In this document: positions 43,273 through 52,828 of the stretch, one piece after another
How positions within the stretch are numbered: position 1 is the first letter of the stretch
Layout of the letters: each line of letters opens with the position of its first letter
Assembly (NCBI GenBank): GCA_044225505.1
Contig: JBGAIN010000001.1
Span: 19,642 to 83,641, forward strand
From: Limisphaerales bacterium
GTDB lineage: Bacteria; Verrucomicrobiota; Verrucomicrobiia; Limisphaerales; SIBE01
Length of the DNA: 64,000 nt
Direction of reading: 5' to 3'
The notes under the pieces: model-generated
Told to the model about the DNA's origin: nothing
Database searches by the model: none
The model's input: only the letters and a program-made list of their open reading frames with translations
Translations under genes and position numbers: made by a program

Positions 43273-43622
43273 TTAGCAAAGCCTGCGGCGTTGGGGTTCA
43301 CCGATTGGACGTAAGCCGTTCGCCAAGCTCGTTCGGCTCGTGACGTATAGTTCTCGGATTGCCAGTAACCCAGTCCGACCCCGACGACCAAGAGTGCGCA
43401 CAGATAAGCGGCCGTGCCCGCTGGCTGGATGATGAATCCTCGCCAGCGAGTCAACCAGTCCATCCCGAACCGGCTCGCAAACGGTGTCGAGGGCGTTTCT
43501 TGATGCGCGATCTTCCGCCAGACGCGGTCTTGAAAGCCTGGCGGGAGTGACGCCGAAACCTTCCAGGCTTGAAGAGCGTCATGCAACGGATCCCCGCCTC
43601 TTTTGGTCGATTCTGGTTTCAT
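43269..43622 (-). CDS. Putative anti-sigma factor (CnrY-like single-pass protein)
   Basis: LQAWKV..LPPGFQDRVWRKI, one TM helix, YVQSVNP; 4-nt overlap with the sensor gene. Confidence 0.7.
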   Translation of the reverse strand: MKPESTKRGGDPLHDALQAWKVSASLPPGFQDRVWRKIAHQETPSTPFASRFGMDWLTRWRGFIIQPAGTAAYLCALLVVGVGLGYWQSENYTSRAERAWRTAYVQSVNPNAAGFAK

Positions 43623-43703
43623 CGGAACGACATCTTCCAGATGGCGGAACCTATCTTAGCCTGAGTCGCTTCACAACTCTCGGGACTTCTGCAGTCGGCC
43701 GTC

Positions 43704-44048
43704 CTAATGGGAGTGCGCGTTGTGGTCAGGGCTGCCGCTGGCTGGTTTAGCCGGGGCTGCTTTCTTTTCCGCAGTTTCCAGCTTCTTGATAAACTTTACG
43801 GGGTCTTTATCGAAGTCCTTTTGGCAGCCCTTGCAGCAGAACTTGATCTCACGACCCTTATACTTGTGGAGGACGGGGTCGCCCATGGCGCCTAGCTCTT
43901 CGTCCGACACGACGCAGGTTTTCAAGGTATAGGGTTTGAGCTTAGCGGACGTCGGAGCTGGAGGGGCAGTCTTCTCCGCAGCAAAGAGGGCTGTGGAGAG
44001 CGACAGGGTGAGTGCCAGGGAGGCGGTAACTTTTTGCAGTGTGGTCAT
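43704..44048 (-). CDS. Small periplasmic YHS/TRASH-like metal-binding protein
   Basis: Signal peptide, CVVSDEELGAMG...YKGREIKFCCKGC..DFDKDP, His tail. Confidence 0.8.
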   Translation of the reverse strand: MTTLQKVTASLALTLSLSTALFAAEKTAPPAPTSAKLKPYTLKTCVVSDEELGAMGDPVLHKYKGREIKFCCKGCQKDFDKDPVKFIKKLETAEKKAAPAKPASGSPDHNAHSH

Positions 44049-44231
44049 AATGCTTGCTATGAGTTCAGGGCGACGGAGCCTGAGACCGTGGCAACACCTC
44101 TCCCTCCGACAAGCGGTAGACGCAACTTGCCAAGGTGACGAGGGCATCGGCGCTCAGACCATTACGTTTCATGTCGTTTACTTCAAAACCGACGGCGGGA
44201 TTTCACCGCCCAGATTCTTCCTCTTGTGTAA

Positions 44232-44257
44232 TACGCCAGAGATGAACAGATCCCTCA
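44232..44257 (-). promoter_or_regulatory. Putative ECF promoter TGAGGG-N16-CGTA at the head of the metal cluster
   Basis: Matches 42093-42118. Confidence 0.6.
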
Positions 44258-44466
44258 GAAAGAGTTTCATCTGAGGGGCTGCACTCCAAGAATCCGTGGA
44301 AGGAGCAGGGCATAGGCCCTTTAATTTGCTAATGTCCAAGCGGTTAAAGTGAAATCAACGGGTCGAGTTTATCCCTTTAGACGCGTGAACAGCGCCATCG
44401 ATGAAGCTCGGTCATTTCGGCTGAAGACGTTGATTTAGGCTTGCGACGTGGGCTGACCGGATAGTC

Positions 44467-45540
44467 CTAAGCCGCCTGCGGTGTCATGAACCAATGTCGA
44501 GTGCGATTGCACGCACTGCAGACGGATAGCATGATGGGAACTTCCACCAAAACTCCGACGACGGTGGCCAGGGCGGCGCCAGAATTGGCTCCGAAGAGAG
44601 TGATGGCGACCGCGACGGCCAGTTCGAAGAAGTTGCTGGCGCCGATTAAGGCTCCCGGTGAGGCCACGCTATGTTCCACCTGCAAGAGGCGCATCAGTCC
44701 GTAGGCAATACCTGAATTCAAATAGACCTGGATCGTGATGGGTACGGCGATCAGCAACACAGCGATCCAACGTTGCGTAAGGTTGTCCGATTGAAACGCG
44801 AAAATCAGAACGAGAGTCAGAAGAAGCGCTCCAATCATGACCGGGTGGAACTTCGGCAAGAAACTCGTTTCAAACCAAACCTTTCCCTTGGCTCGGAGCA
44901 GGCCCGTACGCGTCGTCCAGCCGGCGGCGAGTGGAATGACAATGAAAACCGCGACCGACGTGATCAGAACTTTCGGAGGAACCACAACATTGGCAACCCC
45001 GCAAAGAAACATCACAATAGGAGCAAAGGCGACCAGCATAATGAGGTCGTTTACCGCCACCTGCACGAGCGTGTATGCGGGATCCCCGTCGGTGAGGTAG
45101 GACCAGACAAACACCATCGCCGTACAGGGAGCAGCAGCCAGGATGATGAGTCCCGCGGTGTACTGGCGCGCCATTTCGGTGCTTATCCAGGCCGAAAAAA
45201 TGTGATGCATGAACAGCCAAGCCAGAAACGCCATGCTGAACGGCTTTACGAGCCAATTCACGAACAACGTTACCAAGAGCCCTTTGGGCTTGCGGGCGAC
45301 GTTCCCGATCGCGCTAAAGTCAACCTTGAGCATCATCGGGTAGATCATCAACCAGAGCAGAATGCCGATAGGCACATTCACTTGCGAGCCGTGACTGAAC
45401 TCCAGTTTGCTCAGCCCAGCTGTAAGCTCGGGAAACAACTTTCCAAACCCGACCCCGACGACCATACAGAGCAACACCCACACCGTGAGGTAACGCTCAA
45501 AGAACGCGAGGCGCTTCAATTGAGATGTTGCCATACTCAT
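44467..45540 (-). CDS. acr3: ACR3-family arsenite efflux transporter
   Basis: FFERYLTVWV, MIYPMM, NWLVKPFSM, AAAPCTAMVFVWS, GASNFFELAVA, VGVLVEVP; ATGA overlap with arsM. Confidence 0.96.
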   Translation of the reverse strand: MSMATSQLKRLAFFERYLTVWVLLCMVVGVGFGKLFPELTAGLSKLEFSHGSQVNVPIGILLWLMIYPMMLKVDFSAIGNVARKPKGLLVTLFVNWLVKPFSMAFLAWLFMHHIFSAWISTEMARQYTAGLIILAAAPCTAMVFVWSYLTDGDPAYTLVQVAVNDLIMLVAFAPIVMFLCGVANVVVPPKVLITSVAVFIVIPLAAGWTTRTGLLRAKGKVWFETSFLPKFHPVMIGALLLTLVLIFAFQSDNLTQRWIAVLLIAVPITIQVYLNSGIAYGLMRLLQVEHSVASPGALIGASNFFELAVAVAITLFGANSGAALATVVGVLVEVPIMLSVCSACNRTRHWFMTPQAA

Positions 45541-46421
45541 GCGGAACAGCATTCTGTCCCACAACATTCTCCTTTTGCCTTCTGTGCCTGGACTTCCAAA
45601 CTGGTGATGAAATCGCCAGGTCTGGTTCCTGCGGGCAGGTGCTCGACCAGCTTCCGATAGAGCGGATCTTCAAAACTCGTCATCGCTTCCACATATCCCG
45701 GTTTCGACTTGAGGACGATATCGGTCAACCCGGCGTCCTGAACCATTCGCCCGGTTTCGCTCACAAGCGCCGCGCCGGCGACACAACCGACGAGTGCTTC
45801 AGCCATTTTCAAGACTTCTAGCGGTAGCGGCTTCATGAGGGCCATGTCTGATATCGCCACCCGGCCACCAGGTTTCAAAACGCGCGCGATCTCCCGCCAG
45901 ACTTGCCCCTTGTTCGGCGAAAGATTAATGACGCAGTTGGAAATGATCACGTCCACACTGGCATCGGCGATAGGCAAGTGCTCAATCTCTCCGAGCCGGA
46001 ATTCGACATTGTCTAAACCGGTCTGCTCGCGGTACTTCACCATGTTCTTTCGGGCCTGCGCGAGCATGTCGGCGGTCATGTCGACTCCGATGGCGCGGCC
46101 TGTTGAACCTACTTTGCGTCCCGCGATGAACACGTCAAATCCTCCACCGCTCCCCAAATCCACAACGACTTCACCCGGTTTCAAAGCGGCGAGTGCCGCT
46201 GGGTTTCCGCATGAAAGTCCCATGTTGGCGCCGTCGGGCAATGCTTTCAGCTCCTCTACCGTGTAGCCAAGCTCGCGGGCCAGCTTCTCGGCGTCCGCGG
46301 GAGCCGATCCACAGCAGGAGACCCCCGGTGAACAACGCCCTTGAGCGGTGTCTTGAGCGATTTTGGCGTAACCTTCGCGTACGATTTGGCGCACGCTTTC
46401 CTCAGTTCCAGTTTGATTCAT
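45537..46421 (-). CDS. arsM: Arsenite S-adenosylmethionine methyltransferase
   Basis: CCGS, GLSCGNP, DLGSGGGFD, ISNCVINLSP, GCVAGA, C-terminal CC pairs. Confidence 0.95.
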   Translation of the reverse strand: MNQTGTEESVRQIVREGYAKIAQDTAQGRCSPGVSCCGSAPADAEKLARELGYTVEELKALPDGANMGLSCGNPAALAALKPGEVVVDLGSGGGFDVFIAGRKVGSTGRAIGVDMTADMLAQARKNMVKYREQTGLDNVEFRLGEIEHLPIADASVDVIISNCVINLSPNKGQVWREIARVLKPGGRVAISDMALMKPLPLEVLKMAEALVGCVAGAALVSETGRMVQDAGLTDIVLKSKPGYVEAMTSFEDPLYRKLVEHLPAGTRPGDFITSLEVQAQKAKGECCGTECCSA

Positions 46422-46428
46422 AATTCAC

Positions 46429-46872
46429 CTAGGTAATAACTGCTTTGGCTTGGTCGTGACGCCCGTCGGCATAAGCTCGAAATACCAATCTGATCTGGTC
46501 GCGCACGCGGCGAAACGCGGCCAACTTTTCCTCGTCCGTCCCGGTGGCATGGGCGGGATCGTCAAAACCCCAGTGATGGCGGTTCAGTTGGCCGGGGAAG
46601 ATCGGGCAAACCTGGTCTGCATTGCCACAGACGGTAATGACCGTTTCCACCTCTTGTCCTAAGAATTCGTTCATGTGTTTGGAGCGGTGCGCGGAAATAT
46701 CAATGCCAATTTCATTCATCACTTGAATGGCCAAGGGATGGACGTATCCCGCGGGTTTCGATCCGGCGCTTCGAATGTCGAGGATTTCGCCGGCAAAAGA
46801 GCGGAGTAACCCTTCGGCTAGATGACTACGGCAGGAGTTGCCGGTGCAGAGGATCAATACGGTAGGTTTCAT
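46429..46872 (-). CDS. arsC: Arsenate reductase, LMW-PTP family
   Basis: CTGNSCRS, ITVCGNADQVCP, HWGFDDP, FRRVRDQI. Confidence 0.95.
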   Translation of the reverse strand: MKPTVLILCTGNSCRSHLAEGLLRSFAGEILDIRSAGSKPAGYVHPLAIQVMNEIGIDISAHRSKHMNEFLGQEVETVITVCGNADQVCPIFPGQLNRHHWGFDDPAHATGTDEEKLAAFRRVRDQIRLVFRAYADGRHDQAKAVIT

Positions 46873-46977
46873 TTGCCGAGTGGGCTTTAGAGGAGGTGGA
46901 GCAACGCGGGGCGGGGATGGAGATCAGCCAGTGGGGTGAGAACGTGCCGAGTTGTGAGCCTGGGCCAAGATGAAGCG

Positions 46978-46999
46978 TATTTCGCCATTCAACGAAATA
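46978..46999. promoter_or_regulatory. Inverted repeat TATTTCG-N8-CGAAATA, probable ArsR-type operator
   Basis: Perfect 7-bp arms immediately downstream of a minus-strand TTGACG...TACCTT promoter-like pair, upstream of arsC. Confidence 0.6.
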
Positions 47000-47339
47000 T
47001 AAGGTAGTCATCCTCTCCCTGCCGTCAAGCTGCTTCGCGTTCGAAAGCCGCCTGAGAAAAGATGTTCTGCCGCAGACGGCAGAAAAGGAAACGGGCAGAG
47101 CCGGAGTTAGAGTCTAGCCCCCTTTACCCTTTGATTGAGCGATTGAGCATTCGGACATACCTGCCCTTGACCCTGTGCCCGTGACCTGTCACACTTCGCC
47201 ATCACCGGATTTTGACTCCAGGCGTCGGCATCGTGGCTTGCACGGAACAAGCGCGATGGTCGATCACGAAAGGACGGACCGACTTTCGGAATATGTTCCT
47301 GTTCCGAAGCGCGCCGGGGCATGACCGATGTCAATGTCC

Positions 47340-48164
47340 ATGAAATCAAAGCTTTCCATTGGTAACCGACGCTCTGGCTTCACCCTGATCGAATTACTCG
47401 TCGTCATTGCTATCATAGCCATCCTGGCAGGGATGCTCTTGCCGGCGCTGGCCAAGGCAAAATCGAAAGCTCACCAGATCAAGTGTCTGGTCAATACCAA
47501 GACCTTGTCGCTGGCGAGTTTCATGTATCTCTCGGACTTCAATAAACCGGTGCCCTATAATGGACAAGCCACGGCCACCATGGATAACGCATTGTGGGTA
47601 ACGGTCTTGGCTACGAATTATGGTGGCATTAACGCCGCGCGCATCTGTCCATCCGCGCCCTCAGCATCGTCCAAGTCAAAACGTCGGCATCCCTCGAGCG
47701 GATCGGTGAATCAGACTTGGCTGTGGACCGGTTCCAAAGGTTTCGACTATGAGGGAAGCTATGTTTTCAATGGGTGGTTTTACGGCGACGACGACCCATT
47801 TTTCAGCACGCCTGACCAAAAACCGAAGAAGTATCGAAGTGAATCGGACTGTCCCAAACCCTCGTCAACCCCGGTTATCGCGGACGGCAATTAGATCGAT
47901 ACTTGGCCTCAGCCGACCGACCCGCCCGCCAAGAATCTCTTCACTGGCGATGATTTCAACGGGGCGATGGTGCGGTTAACTCTGCCTCGCCATGCGGGAC
48001 CGACCTGGCCTAAGAATCGAACATTCAATCCCAAAGATGACTTGCCGGGAGCTATCAATATCGGTTTCGTGGACGGTCATTCTGAGACGGTCAAGTTGGA
48101 GAGGCTTTGGAACCTTGACTGGCACAAGAATTGGATCCCACCTGTTAAGAGACCGGGGAAATAG
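47340..48164 (+). pseudogene. Prepilin-type N-terminal cleavage/methylation protein with H-X9-DG motif, interrupted by one in-frame TAG (47892-47894)
   Basis: GFTLIELLVVIAIIAILAGMLLPAL; the frame continues ADGN*IDTWP...PRHAG...INIGFVDGH to the stop at 48164. Confidence 0.85.
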
Positions 48165-48829
48165 CGCGAGACGTGTTTCAAAGGACGCCTGCGGTTGTCC
48201 TGCAGTTCAATTACGTTTCACCGCGGGCTTGCTGCCCAAAGTAGCGTGCCCTAGGAACCGCCACTTTAGTGGCTGCGTCTCGAGCTGAGCTTCTCCCCAA
48301 AGAAATCATTGGCGTGCGAACTGAGCAGACTGGACCTCAGTGCCAAGGATCAAACGACGACTTTGGAAGAGGCCCATTGAGTCATTCGCACTCCCTTCGA
48401 CTAAGCTAGCGGAGACGTTTGGACTGCCGCGAATTTCAATTCGCTAGCGTTAGCGGGTTGACCCCATCGGTTTGCACTTCGCCGATAGCGGTTGTTCAAT
48501 AGCTCCGTTTTCAAATCTCCGAACGAACCGCGACAAACGTCGGTACGGTAATTCCATCAGCGGGCTTCGAAGACTTTCGAGATTCTTGAGGCGTCTTGCA
48601 CCCTTCTGGACTTTGTCTCCGCTCTCAATCCGGATTCGTAGGAGTATGAAGCTTGATCCAGATCGAGCCATTCCTGGTCGCAGGTTTCGGATGCATGGAA
48701 TCCGGTCATTCTTGCTAAGGCAAAAATATTCAGAACTCACATGCATCCGAACGCCCCGGCCGGACGTAGAAAGGTGTAGGCATCAGTGCCTGGAGGAAAT
48801 AAATCACCGATAACCAACCAAGAATTATT

Positions 48830-49744
48830 ATGTCTATTGGAAATACCGCTTCGAACCTGTCGAATCATCGCACAAACCGCCGTACGGTCTTAAAGAATCT
48901 CGGATTTGGCGCCTTGGGCTTGGCTTCCATGGGCGGCTTGGCTCCGACGGCCCGGGCGCAGAGTGGTCCTGGCCTGGACGCGAACGTTCTCAATTTTGCT
49001 CTCAACTTGGAATATCTCGAAGCCGAGTATTATATCTACGCGACGACCGGGAAAGGTATCGATCAGCAAGGTGTCGGCGTCGATGGCAGTGGCTCTGCCG
49101 GAGTAGTGACGATCAAAGAAAATCCCAAGGTCCCCTTTTCCTCAGATCCCATTCGTCAATACGCCGAAGAAATCGCCGCTGACGAGCTGGCACACGTGAA
49201 GTTCCTTCGTAGCGCTCTCACGGCGGCCGGTGTTCAACCGGTGGCCCGTCCCGCGATTGACCTTCAAAACAGCTTTACCGCAGCCGCGCGTGCGGGCGGG
49301 ATTATCGGCGCGACGGATATTTTCGATCCCTTTGCGAGTGATCTGACTTTCTTATTGGGCGCTTTCATCTTTGAGGATGTGGGCGTGACTGCTTACAAGG
49401 GCGGTGCGCGGCTGATCACGAACAAGGATTACTTGGAGGCTGCGGCCGGAATTCTAGGTGTGGAAGCTTACCATGCCGGAATTATTCGAACCGTCCTTTA
49501 TAGCATGGGTTCGGCTGCTCAAGAGACGGCTCAAAAGATTTCTGATTTGAGAGATGCAGTGGACAACAATCGCGACGACGACCAAGGGCTCGTGATAGAT
49601 GGCAAGGCCAATCTCGTGCCGACGGACGCCAACGGAATCGCTTTTAGCCGAAACACGCGAGAAGTCCTCGATATTGTCTACTTAGGCGCCAACGCCGTCA
49701 GTGGTGGGTTTTACCCCAACGGGCTGAATGGCAATATTCGATAA
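48830..49744 (+). CDS. Tat-exported ferritin-like (desiccation-related PCC13-62/Rds1-like) protein
   Basis: NRRTVLK twin-arginine signal; [37 protein letters not shown]. Confidence 0.9.
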   Translation: MSIGNTASNLSNHRTNRRTVLKNLGFGALGLASMGGLAPTARAQSGPGLDANVLNFALNLEYLEAEYYIYATTGKGIDQQGVGVDGSGSAGVVTIKENPKVPFSSDPIRQYAEEIAADELAHVKFLRSALTAAGVQPVARPAIDLQNSFTAAARAGGIIGATDIFDPFASDLTFLLGAFIFEDVGVTAYKGGARLITNKDYLEAAAGILGVEAYHAGIIRTVLYSMGSAAQETAQKISDLRDAVDNNRDDDQGLVIDGKANLVPTDANGIAFSRNTREVLDIVYLGANAVSGGFYPNGLNGNIR

Positions 49745-49790
49745 TCGGATCATTCCGAGAGTAGGCTTTTTGCCCGGAAAGGAATGAACC

Positions 49791-51407
49791 ATGAGAAAAG
49801 TTTTTCGCTATGCGCCCATTATTGGGTTGTCCATTTTGCTTGGAACTGCAAGCTCGGCTCACGCCGCTGCCAACGAGCATAAGCTATATGGCATTAGCTT
49901 CTTTAAGAACGAATTGATCCGGATAGATCCAGCGACCGGAGCCGGCGTCCAGGTGGCTCAACTTCCGAATGTCTCAGGTTATGGACTGGCATCCTACCAA
50001 GGCCAGCTTTACACCTTCGATCCAAACACTCAACGGATTGAGCAGATCGATGCTGCTTCTGGAGAAATAGTACGAAGTATCGACATTGGAGTAGAAGGTC
50101 TCCAAGGCGAAGGAGATCTGGTTATCCGGAACGACGGCACGGGGTTATTAGCTTCGGCATTGGACAAGAACGCGAATGTGGTAAATGACCTCTATTCGTT
50201 CGATCTAAAGAGTCGAACGTCGACGCGGCTCAGGAGTATTTCTGAGGTCGTTATTGATGGGATGGCCGTTGATTCAGATGGCACGGTCTATGTTTTGGGC
50301 CAGGGGGAGAGCAATCTCTATAAGCTCAATTCCACAAACGGCTTGGATAAAGTCGGAAGCCTCGGACTGGTGCTCAATAGTCCCTTTGCCGCTCTCACCT
50401 TTGGGCCAGAAGGAACACTCTACGCCAGTATTGACGATCGGCTTTACAGCATAAGCAAAGAATCAGGCGTGGCCAGTGTGGTAAATACAAACGTTCTCGA
50501 TTTTAGCTTCAGCAGTGTGGCGGGTCTGGCGTATGCGCCTGCAATTCTAAACAGCGGCGATCAGCTTTTCGGGCTCACCTTCTTTGGGAATGAGCTGATT
50601 TCAGTGAATCTCACGAACGGCCTGGGCATAGGTGTTAGTACGATTGGGGATATGACAATGCCTTTTGGATTAGCCAATCGCTTTGGCAAGCTCTACACGT
50701 TCAGTGCGGAAACGGACGATATCCTCGAAATCGATGCCGGCACTGGGGCAACGCTCTCCCGCGTCAATGTTGGACTGCCGAATTTGCAGGGCGAAGGTGA
50801 TATGGCTTTTCGAAGCGATGGGGTAGGCTTTGTGGCCTCCGCTCTCGATGCCAACGGCAATCCCAACGGCGGGCTTTATATGTTCGACTTGCTTGCCAAG
50901 ACGAGCAGTAGACTTGGAACCACAACTGTCGCAATTGATGCCTTAGCCTTTGACGAGAATGATGTTCTTTATGCTTTGGGACAAGGAGAGGGCATGCTGT
51001 ATACCGTCAACCTGCAAAATGGTATGATGTCCCCGATTGGCGGTTTGGGCGTTGCCCAAAACAGTCCGTTTGCGGCGCTAACGTTTGGGCCGGGTGGAGT
51101 GCTCTACGCCGCAATTGACGATCGGCTTTATTCGGTGGACAAGAGCACTGGCAGAGCTGCTTTCGTGGACCCGTCGGTGCTGGATCTGAATTTCAGCAGC
51201 GTGGCCGGATTGGCTTTTGGTTCGACACCCGGGCGATTGAGCGTAACAAGATCCGGAAATCAATTGATCTTTTCCTGGATGGGATCTGGTTTCACCCTGG
51301 AGACGGCAGAGTCAGTCACAGGACCATACACGCCTGCCACAAGCCAGCAAAATCCGCAATCAGTGGCAATCACTGATCAAAATCGTTTTTTTCGGCTTCG
51401 CAAATAA
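49791..51407 (+). CDS. Secreted protein with two homologous beta-propeller-like halves and C-terminal FFR tail
   Basis: Signal peptide; duplicated LYGISFFKNELI/LFGLTFFGNELI, LQGEGD, NSPFAALTFGP, IDDRLYS, SSVAGLA; ends NRFFRLRK. Confidence 0.85.
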   Translation: MRKVFRYAPIIGLSILLGTASSAHAAANEHKLYGISFFKNELIRIDPATGAGVQVAQLPNVSGYGLASYQGQLYTFDPNTQRIEQIDAASGEIVRSIDIGVEGLQGEGDLVIRNDGTGLLASALDKNANVVNDLYSFDLKSRTSTRLRSISEVVIDGMAVDSDGTVYVLGQGESNLYKLNSTNGLDKVGSLGLVLNSPFAALTFGPEGTLYASIDDRLYSISKESGVASVVNTNVLDFSFSSVAGLAYAPAILNSGDQLFGLTFFGNELISVNLTNGLGIGVSTIGDMTMPFGLANRFGKLYTFSAETDDILEIDAGTGATLSRVNVGLPNLQGEGDMAFRSDGVGFVASALDANGNPNGGLYMFDLLAKTSSRLGTTTVAIDALAFDENDVLYALGQGEGMLYTVNLQNGMMSPIGGLGVAQNSPFAALTFGPGGVLYAAIDDRLYSVDKSTGRAAFVDPSVLDLNFSSVAGLAFGSTPGRLSVTRSGNQLIFSWMGSGFTLETAESVTGPYTPATSQQNPQSVAITDQNRFFRLRK

Positions 51408-51429
51408 GTGCATCGCGAGCTCTGTTTGC

Positions 51430-51467
51430 CGGGCTGGACCCACAAGATGGTCCAGCCCGTTTGCTTT
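51430..51467 (+). terminator. Intrinsic terminator
   Basis: CGGGCTGGACC-N8-GGTCCAGCCCG followed by TTTGCTTT. Confidence 0.75.
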
Positions 51468-51593
51468 GGGCTGCTTTCAGAACCTTGCCGTGTGCAGAGG
51501 CCGCCGGAACGAGCGTCTGATACTTTTCCCGAAAATTCGCTTTTGCACAATGTCTAGGCGGCTTGTGTAAGGGGCTTGAGGAGGGGCGTCGGA

Positions 51594-52547
51594 TTAAGGT
51601 GAAGCGTCGAGAAAAGTGATGAGCGCCGGGATCACCTGGTTGGGCGCCTCTTCAATGAGCCAATGGCCGGAGCCAGCGACGATTTGTCCTTGTACATTCC
51701 GCGCCACAAGCCTGGTTTGTTCAATAAGAAAGGCGCCGCTGGCTTTTTCTCCAGTTTGCACGAGGACGGGCATGGACAAAGGCGACCGGCTCAACTCTGC
51801 AAAGTCTTTCGCGTCTTGCTCAAAATTGCGAAAGTATTCGAACCCGGCTCGCATTCCACCAGGCTTGGCATATTCTTCTGCATAGACTCGGCGGTCGGCT
51901 TCGGAGACGGAATGATTGCGGTCGGCGGCGAAATCATTCCAAAAATGCTCGAAGTAGGTCCGCTCGCGTCCGTTGACCAAGGCGAGGGGCACTTCGCCAT
52001 AGAAGTGGAAGTGCCACAGGTCGCGCATGAGCCACACACTTTTCCAGTCGCCCACACCGGGCAGAAATGCATCCATGAGCACCAAGCGCTCCGTTTCTTG
52101 TGGAAACTGCGCCGCGAAAGCGTAGGCCACCATCAAACCAATGTCGTGGCCGACGACACGGACGCGATGGAATCCTAACTGGGAGGTAAGTTCGTGAATA
52201 TCCAAAGCCATAGTCTTTTTGTCATAGCCTGATTCCGGCTTCGAAGAACCTCCTGCGCCACGCAGATCGGGTGCGACGACCGTGTGACGTTCGGCGAGTT
52301 GAGGCATAAGGGGAGTCCACATCCGGCTTGTCTCCGCGTAACCGTGCAACAGGACTACTGGACTACCCTTGCCGCCGATCGAGTAATGGATGCGGACTCC
52401 GTTGACCTCAGCGGAATGTTCAGTGAATCCTGCCGGAAGTCTCACAGGCTGTGCTGACAGAGCGGAAGAAATCGACAGGAGTAAGATGCCGCCGACAGCA
52501 AGGCGGCTTTTTGGGTTCCTTCCGGATGATGTTTGATGAGTGTTCAT
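51594..52547 (-). CDS. Secreted alpha/beta hydrolase (epoxide hydrolase-like)
   Basis: LLHGY, PDLRGAGGS, GHDIGLMVAY, GSGHWLIEE; signal-like N-terminus from MNTHQ. Confidence 0.9.
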   Translation of the reverse strand: MNTHQTSSGRNPKSRLAVGGILLLSISSALSAQPVRLPAGFTEHSAEVNGVRIHYSIGGKGSPVVLLHGYAETSRMWTPLMPQLAERHTVVAPDLRGAGGSSKPESGYDKKTMALDIHELTSQLGFHRVRVVGHDIGLMVAYAFAAQFPQETERLVLMDAFLPGVGDWKSVWLMRDLWHFHFYGEVPLALVNGRERTYFEHFWNDFAADRNHSVSEADRRVYAEEYAKPGGMRAGFEYFRNFEQDAKDFAELSRSPLSMPVLVQTGEKASGAFLIEQTRLVARNVQGQIVAGSGHWLIEEAPNQVIPALITFLDASP

Positions 52548-52669
52548 TGGATGCGCTTGGCGATGAATTGTTTTTCTATCCGATGTCAACTTCGGTCCGA
52601 CTTGTGGCTTCTGCGCGGATTGCAGCACGTGGTTGTTACCCGCTGTTCAGCCGTGTCTTTCCGCTTAGA

Positions 52670-52699
52670 AGAAGCGAGATCTATCTCCAGAAAGGGCAA
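52670..52699 (-). promoter_or_regulatory. Putative ECF promoter TTGCCC-N13-ATCTCGCTTCT
   Basis: Matches 56668-56697 with identical spacing and an identical 11-mer. Confidence 0.6.
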
Positions 52700-52828
52700 C
52701 CGTGAGTGAGGAAAAACTGATCAATCTTCACGTGCATTGTCGCCAATGAGCCGGATCCGCGAATTCGGTCCGTTAGCAGTGAGGGAAAAACACCAGAGAC
52801 CCGCTGGAAGGCGGCTCTTGGCTTGCCT

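Noticed and set aside
47892-47894. Pyrrolysine or genome-wide TAG recoding
   Set aside because: No pyl genes in the window and TAG serves as a normal stop in other genes here (for example those ending at 12696 and 48164).
52615-52641. Further GTAAC boxes near 52636(-), 56906(-) and 23773(+)
   Set aside because: The -10 box does not match at the 15-nt spacing, so they were not counted.
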